28,149 nucleotides of DNA from a virus. Taxonomy: Duplodnaviria; Caudoviricetes. Positions within the stretch are counted from its first letter, which is position 1. The number at the start of each line of letters is the position of its first letter. The notes beneath the pieces were generated by a model, which was given only the letters and a program-made list of their open reading frames with translations, was not told the origin of the DNA and made no database searches. The position numbers were made by a program, and so were the translations under genes. Below, in pieces: positions 24,601 through 28,149 of this stretch. Location: positions 1 to 28,149 of the IMG/VR virus record IMGVR_UViG_3300047283_000013. One strand, given 5' to 3'.

Positions 24601-25104
24601 GGCAACAAGACTGTAGCTAACCCTGCAGTGGATGTGCTTGTAAGAGAGAGACTTGGAAAGAGCCTGCCTCAGAAGTTCGAAGCGTGGAAGTCTCAGGTAA
24701 CTCATGGTGGTAGGTTTGCAGGTAAAACTTACGACGAGATTGAGGACACGGGGGATCGCACTAACTTGTTCATGCAGTTTATTGGGGAAGAGATCGCAAG
24801 GGAAAAAGAGTTTGTGGAGGAGGGTTATAACAACTTCCTTACAAGCAATCCGAAAGCTGCTGCAGGTTACATTAGAAACATGTATGTGCTGGAAGAAAAG
24901 AAGCTGATCTCCGATACCAAGAACAAAGAAATCTACGACACAGCGGTGAAGACATTCACTAATGGCAAGTTTGGCAGTGCTGCTGACTACATTGGAGACT
25001 CTGCATCTGTTGTTGAAGAGGTAGAAAGACGACAGGCGATTATGTCGTGGGGTAAACAGCTTGATGAAGGCTTTGTCCCTCTCCCAGAAAATAGATTTGA
25101 CTGA
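21670..25104 (+). CDS. Large internal virion (ejection) protein
   Basis: 1144 aa, helical and Ala/Gly-rich with hydrophobic Gly-rich segments. It is the last gene of the virion arm, like T7 gp16-type genes. Confidence 0.65.
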   Translation: MTNYLEEVDGKYFTDLVKDEDFQRDLVRFFRGSRYGMSNEELKEIGPDGLAEKFVEHMRWQDTNEVTALRDYNYVMNKETLPQEELESFGKLMTAYDRAEGGGTGMLSGAADYLSAFATSPSTIATVGTAGWGSGSKLAAKATGKAAQLALRQEISDLVKKGVSKTAIKDAIAGTVGKQALKGGATSFVVEGALGAGQAALQGETREEAAGTEYTSTDLLRDGILAGTIGGTLGSAARAMDTKSQRAVVDSLVVRDSVNTARQQTANKAANDTFAAADSETISAAADRAVTIANTLKAKMEKTQLDPLDPKLVEEGNKLKTEVLIGKVDRSVTANLSIDTLRGITAATVKIADTLNVKPNERISSAVARALEEGKVDGQFLEDIRETYNLSKEQLSYVFLADLSQAGKTLAEASYIASKTGRKAAKEAAEAGVSRVSADLEALAGRGLNTLADSEVVSTTAKVYKEKDTAISKAYKLAQDLDATRIAFMTSQVGTTAANTATSVGNLLIDMSDQFWKNTINTAFGRQVGDKVERRWVGGTLSTIKGMSWNKTEASLFREVFLEEMPEEYSRLFYEATRAEVAAESSTFLAKAGRSVNILNSAVDSTFKQAVLYSSVDRSLRELNRADLGTNLGEFLAKNKTLDSLPEDFITRAVDDAKRFTFQRSYSRDKSAFGQAAQGLITAHQKMPFVVSSGLGMPFPRYIANHLEHINDYTPVGIATGGLNKLDGVLFGDTNKTGVDRVSRQLTGASLIVLGAYTAAQKEGEVDYKTIETETGNLDISRTAGPWLFNFYLGDLYYRWKNDLPTGDVLTTMAEISVGTTELGFQAPLVKEIVDSANEGVMTQGLARSLGDIGATFTYPLTLTRDFIGQVNPEMLTTPYTREVFGGSLEEPETYGEGNYLDEVIRRATRFLPEVDFVQYAQSYNKKTAIPYYSPFSATPVGSFDPLSKQFGFAASQRPNEIQKEISRLNLKEFELYGNKTVANPAVDVLVRERLGKSLPQKFEAWKSQVTHGGRFAGKTYDEIEDTGDRTNLFMQFIGEEIAREKEFVEEGYNNFLTSNPKAAAGYIRNMYVLEEKKLISDTKNKEIYDTAVKTFTNGKFGSAADYIGDSASVVEEVERRQAIMSWGKQLDEGFVPLPENRFD

Positions 25105-25107
25105 TAC

Positions 25108-25138
25108 AAAAAGAGAGGGGGCCGCGAGGCCCCCTTTT
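25108..25138. terminator. Bidirectional intrinsic terminator between the convergent genome arms
   Basis: AAAAAGAGAGGGGGCC-GCGA-GGCCCCCTTTT has an A-tract on the left and a T-tract on the right, between stops at 25104 (+) and 25142 (-). Confidence 0.92.
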
Positions 25139-25141
25139 AGT

Positions 25142-25336
25142 TTAGTCTTCAAGCATAAAGTCTGCCCACTCTTCTGCTTCCCTTTTAATCTCTTCCCGTC
25201 GTACAGGACCAGAAGTACGAGACAGTAGGGCGTTCATAGCCATTCCCATCAAGTAGATTTTGGAAGTCATTGGCTTGGGAGGGACACTATGCCTCTTCTT
25301 TGCTCGAAACTCTTTGGCTTCTTCTTCGATCTTCAT
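25142..25336 (-). CDS. Hypothetical protein (64 aa)
   Basis: MKIEEEAKEFRAKK...GMAMNALLSR...EAEEWADFMLED. The start was shortened to ATG 25336 because the longer ORF overlaps the Rmf-like gene. It ends at the terminator. Confidence 0.6.
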   Translation of the reverse strand: MKIEEEAKEFRAKKRHSVPPKPMTSKIYLMGMAMNALLSRTSGPVRREEIKREAEEWADFMLED

Positions 25337-25481
25337 TGTCTCTAACCCGGCTAAGGTTGGCTGCATAGGCTTTATTAAATCCAAACTCCCAGTCTCGGTA
25401 CTTGGGGGTGTCTTTATTGTACGGGTTTGTGGTATTCCCTTGGGCAAAATCTTTGTATCCTTGTTCAAATGCGTTTATCAT
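25287..25481 (-). CDS. Ribosome modulation factor (Rmf)-like small protein
   Basis: AFEQGYKDFAQG...NPY......DWEFGF resembles the Rmf pattern A..RGY.AG..G....CPY......W..GW. RBS GGAG and a TGATG-coupled start. Confidence 0.55.
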   Translation of the reverse strand: MINAFEQGYKDFAQGNTTNPYNKDTPKYRDWEFGFNKAYAANLSRVRDNEDRRRSQRVSSKEEA

Positions 25482-25546
25482 CAATCACTCTCCATGTACC
25501 AGATCATAGCAACTACGGCAGCGATAACAATTAAGGCTTCTATCAT
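25481..25546 (-). CDS. 21-aa hydrophobic mini-protein (MIEALIVIAAVVAMIWYMESD)
   Basis: Not in the ORF track. ATGA overlap with the upstream gene, TGATG overlap with the downstream gene, RBS GGGGAG; it fills the gap exactly. Confidence 0.7.
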   Translation of the reverse strand: MIEALIVIAAVVAMIWYMESD

Positions 25547-25740
25547 GTTTTTTCTCCCCACTGGTAACACTTGTAAAGCACCCCATGCTCTGGCAGTCCC
25601 CCGGTCTTAACCTTAGCCTGATTCTCTTCAATCATTCGTGCCGCATTATCCTCACACTGAGCAATATCAGTGAAGACATCAGGTGGAGAGATTGTCCTGC
25701 ATTCGTCTAAGGTACAGATTAGGAAGATGAGGGAGATCAT
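25543..25740 (-). CDS. Hypothetical small Cys-containing protein
   Basis: 65 aa with hydrophobic N-terminus MISLIFLIC and four Cys. ATGA-coupled to the DUF3310 stop. Confidence 0.7.
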   Translation of the reverse strand: MISLIFLICTLDECRTISPPDVFTDIAQCEDNAARMIEENQAKVKTGGLPEHGVLYKCYQWGEKT

Positions 25741-25967
25741 GGTTCCTGTAACTCCTGTCTGAGCCTACTCAAGTACCAGTCGGCCTTGTTCAAGTCTTCC
25801 ATCTGCTTACCCTTGTAGCGCCAACGGTGAGAGTACTTCTTGAAGTTGCCCTCAAGGTATCCAAGGAAGGCTTCTTTGGGCATATTGTCTTTCAGGTAGT
25901 CGATACACTCAATCTGCCCGAAAGCATAGTGTGCAGGACTATTCACCATGTCTACCGTAGTCGTCAT
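25737..25967 (-). CDS. DUF3310 family protein (T7 gp1.7-like putative nucleotide kinase)
   Basis: DMVNSPAHY...IECIDY...GN..KY..RWRYKG...EDL.KA.WYL signature. Start ATG 25967 overlaps the PhoH stop (ATGA). Confidence 0.85.
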   Translation of the reverse strand: MTTTVDMVNSPAHYAFGQIECIDYLKDNMPKEAFLGYLEGNFKKYSHRWRYKGKQMEDLNKADWYLSRLRQELQEP

Positions 25968-26671
25968 AGCTTCTCTTCCTCGAATGCCACGATCCACTGC
26001 TTACAGATGTCACTGCGAACAATGTCATCCACTCCGAACTCAATCACTGGTACAGGCAGTTGATGCTTCTTAGCCAGATGAATGATCTTTGATAGACCAG
26101 ACTGTCCAGTAATATCAGACTGCTTTACGTCACCGTTGATTACAACTGTACAGTCTTTCCCGATTCGTGTCAAGAACATTTTAATTTCAGGGATAGTGCA
26201 GTTCTGAGCCTCGTCCAAGATGATGAATGCGTTCTTGAAGGAGCGTCCCCGCATAGTACTCAGGGGTGCCATTTCGATGTTGCCATTCTTGATCGCAGTC
26301 TCCACTACACCCTTGCCCAGTTGTTCATTCAGAACGTCAAGAACAGGTGCAGCCCACGGAGCAAACTTTTCTTCCAGAGTGCCGGGGAAGTAGCCAAGGT
26401 CTTTGCCAACAGAGACGTTAGGACGTGTGAGGACGATCTTACTCACCTCATTGACAGCGTACATGTTGGCCGCATAGGTGGCAGCAATGAAGGTCTTGCC
26501 TGTACCAGAGTAGCCACACACGATAACCTGATTAGAGCTATTGAGTGCCTTGAGATAGCTGGCCTGATTGTCGTTCAGGGGTGTGAGCTTTACCTGTCTG
26601 GCATTACCCTCTTCCACTGACTTTTTGTAACGAGAAACACGCTTGCCCTTAGGCTTCTCAAGAATCGTCAC
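25964..26671 (-). CDS. phoH: PhoH-family ATPase
   Basis: Walker A GYSGTGKT, LGYFPG, MRGRSF, ILDEAQN, FLTRIG, GD..QSD and DIVRS. The start is probably GTG 26671, 5 nt after GGAGGT (the track gives TTG 26677). Confidence 0.95.
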   Translation of the reverse strand: MTILEKPKGKRVSRYKKSVEEGNARQVKLTPLNDNQASYLKALNSSNQVIVCGYSGTGKTFIAATYAANMYAVNEVSKIVLTRPNVSVGKDLGYFPGTLEEKFAPWAAPVLDVLNEQLGKGVVETAIKNGNIEMAPLSTMRGRSFKNAFIILDEAQNCTIPEIKMFLTRIGKDCTVVINGDVKQSDITGQSGLSKIIHLAKKHQLPVPVIEFGVDDIVRSDICKQWIVAFEEEKL

Positions 26672-26840
26672 GATCAACCTCCACTTTCAAGATACCTTGG
26701 TCACCGAGGTCAAGCAGCATCTGCACCACTACCTCTTCGATCTCATTCACGTCCTGTTTGATTCTCCACGCAAGATATACGTTGACTGCTAGACCAACTA
26801 GGATGGCCGCTTCAACTAGGGCAGATGTTTCAATTACCAT
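26658..26840 (-). CDS. Small putative membrane protein (60 aa)
   Basis: Start ATG 26840 after AGGA. N-terminal hydrophobic helix ALVEAAILVGLAVNVYLAW followed by an acidic tail. Confidence 0.65.
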   Translation of the reverse strand: MVIETSALVEAAILVGLAVNVYLAWRIKQDVNEIEEVVVQMLLDLGDQGILKVEVDRDDS

Positions 26841-26865
26841 TTTATTGTTCCTGAGGAGTTGTTGA

Positions 26866-26893
26866 GAGCAGTTTAACACCATGCTCAGGGTGT
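26866..26893 (-). other. Putative H-type RNA pseudoknot downstream of nrdJ
   Basis: The minus strand reads ACACC-CT-GAGCA-T-GGTGT-TAAAC-TGCTC. Stem 1 is ACACC/GGTGT and stem 2 is GAGCA/TGCTC. Confidence 0.65.
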
Positions 26894-26903
26894 GGCAAGA
26901 GCC

Positions 26904-28148
26904 TTACGTCAGGTCTACAATCTCACACACGCCAGAGCTACAGGCAAACGTCTGAGCACTCTTCGTCATGTCTTCCTTCTCGTAGTCACTGAGCTTAGTC
27001 CAGTCAATACGTGCAGGCATCAGAGCAAGAGCGTCAAGGTACTCACGTTCACTGCAGTCCTGATAGGGTGCCTGTTGGTAGGTGTGGTCAGAGTGCGGCA
27101 AGAAAGACACACCAGAGACTTCATCGAAGTACTTATAGACCCAAGCACCAACCTCCATCCATTCGTGATCCCGTACGGTAACAGTCACAGATGGTTTATG
27201 CTCACACCAGTGGCGCTGATAGACCAACCACAACTCCAACTGTTCGATAGCAGTCATGTCGTTACGGGTGATAGCCCCTTGGGGAGACTTCTGTGGAAAG
27301 CTAAAGACAGTAGTGCTATCAGGCTTCATCACATCAGGCTCACTCGGGATACCCTGATCCTTCATAAACTGCGTCAGAGGGTCTTTGTTGTCGCCGCGAA
27401 CAGTCCGAATATAATAGGCTGAGTGACGAGCGTGAATACCACTGGCACTATCAACCAACTGGGAAACAGTACCCGAGGGTTTGACGCATGTAATAGCAGC
27501 ACTAGCAGGAATACCAAGGCGTTCAGCCCACTCAGCATTAGTAGCAACAGCAACATCTTTGAGCCTCTTGAGGGTTTTGTCGAGACCAGCATTGGTAGGG
27601 CCGAGGAGTTTGCTATCCATGATCCCAGTCAGCGACACACCCAAGAGACGCTCTTCCTCAGTGTTCTTCTGCCAAATCTTACGCAGATACGGGAAGTGCG
27701 TGTATGTGCTTTGGATGGTGCCAAGGATCGTAGCCAGAGTTACTTTCCGCTCCAAGTCCTCAAGTGAATCCGTAGCTCTGACCACGACTTCCGTGAGATT
27801 GCAGAACTGATACGGGCGAAGAATGATTTCACTGCACGGGTTAGTACCAAAGTCATAGTCTGCATTGCGTCGTCCACTTTTGTTAGCTTGCTTCTTGCTG
27901 GCTGGACGCGAGAAGATACCACGTTCACCAGACTTGGATTCGACAAGAGAGAGCCACTCACGCATGAAGGTTTCCATGTCGGGCTTCTCAGTGTATGCCA
28001 CCGAGTTGTTAGCCAGAGCACGTTGCCCTTGGTTCTCCCACCAGTTACCCGACTTAGCATGACGCATACGGTCGTCCGACAGGTTCGACAAAGAGATCAT
28101 GGCAGAGCGGCGTACACCACCCACAACGACAACTTCACCAATCTTACA
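26904..28148 (-). CDS. nrdJ: Class II (adenosylcobalamin-dependent) ribonucleotide reductase, 5'-truncated
   Basis: The frame is open to the window edge (CKIGEVVVVGGVRRSA). Motifs GTNPCSEI, CNLTEV, TCVKPSGTVSQL, WCEHKPSVT and the C-terminal redox pair ACSSGVCEI fit a monomeric RTPR-type enzyme. Confidence 0.92.
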   Translation of the reverse strand, partial: CKIGEVVVVGGVRRSAMISLSNLSDDRMRHAKSGNWWENQGQRALANNSVAYTEKPDMETFMREWLSLVESKSGERGIFSRPASKKQANKSGRRNADYDFGTNPCSEIILRPYQFCNLTEVVVRATDSLEDLERKVTLATILGTIQSTYTHFPYLRKIWQKNTEEERLLGVSLTGIMDSKLLGPTNAGLDKTLKRLKDVAVATNAEWAERLGIPASAAITCVKPSGTVSQLVDSASGIHARHSAYYIRTVRGDNKDPLTQFMKDQGIPSEPDVMKPDSTTVFSFPQKSPQGAITRNDMTAIEQLELWLVYQRHWCEHKPSVTVTVRDHEWMEVGAWVYKYFDEVSGVSFLPHSDHTYQQAPYQDCSEREYLDALALMPARIDWTKLSDYEKEDMTKSAQTFACSSGVCEIVDLT

Positions 28149-28149
28149 C

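Noticed and set aside
25337-25468. N-terminal extension of the 108-aa ORF 25142..25468
   Set aside because: It overlaps the better-supported Rmf-like gene, so ATG 25336 is the more plausible start.
26904-28148. Intein or intron in the ribonucleotide reductase
   Set aside because: The visible part is continuous, with normally spaced motifs and no splicing or homing-endonuclease signatures.

Overview
This is a 28 kb fragment of a lytic podovirus-type dsDNA phage. It most resembles the cobaviruses (SIO1-like, Zobellviridae) or their relatives, so an alphaproteobacterial host is likely; both assignments are inferred from gene content and layout, not from a database search. The + strand (1-25104) is the virion arm: a 5'-truncated large protein, scaffold, major capsid, putative decoration protein, tail adaptor and nozzle, a cluster of tail fibre/adhesin genes with beta-propeller repeats, a fibre chaperone, and internal (ejected) virion proteins including a lysozyme-like enzyme. 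The - strand (25142-28149) is the end of the metabolism arm: class II (B12-dependent) ribonucleotide reductase, PhoH, DUF3310, an Rmf-like protein and small ORFs. The two arms converge on a bidirectional terminator. The most unusual observations are: (1) two large proteins divided into modules by a recurrent [MFY]-A-x-G-G motif and sharing small domains, suggesting a processed polyprotein/cargo system; (2) a KGL[AM]S(R) peptide in three unrelated putative internal proteins; (3) a four-fold repeated RNA internal-loop motif in the scaffold and capsid leaders; (4) a modular adhesin cluster with shared N-terminal peptides and upstream DNA motifs; (5) an H-type pseudoknot after nrdJ; (6) a 21-aa coupled mini-gene missed by the ORF track.
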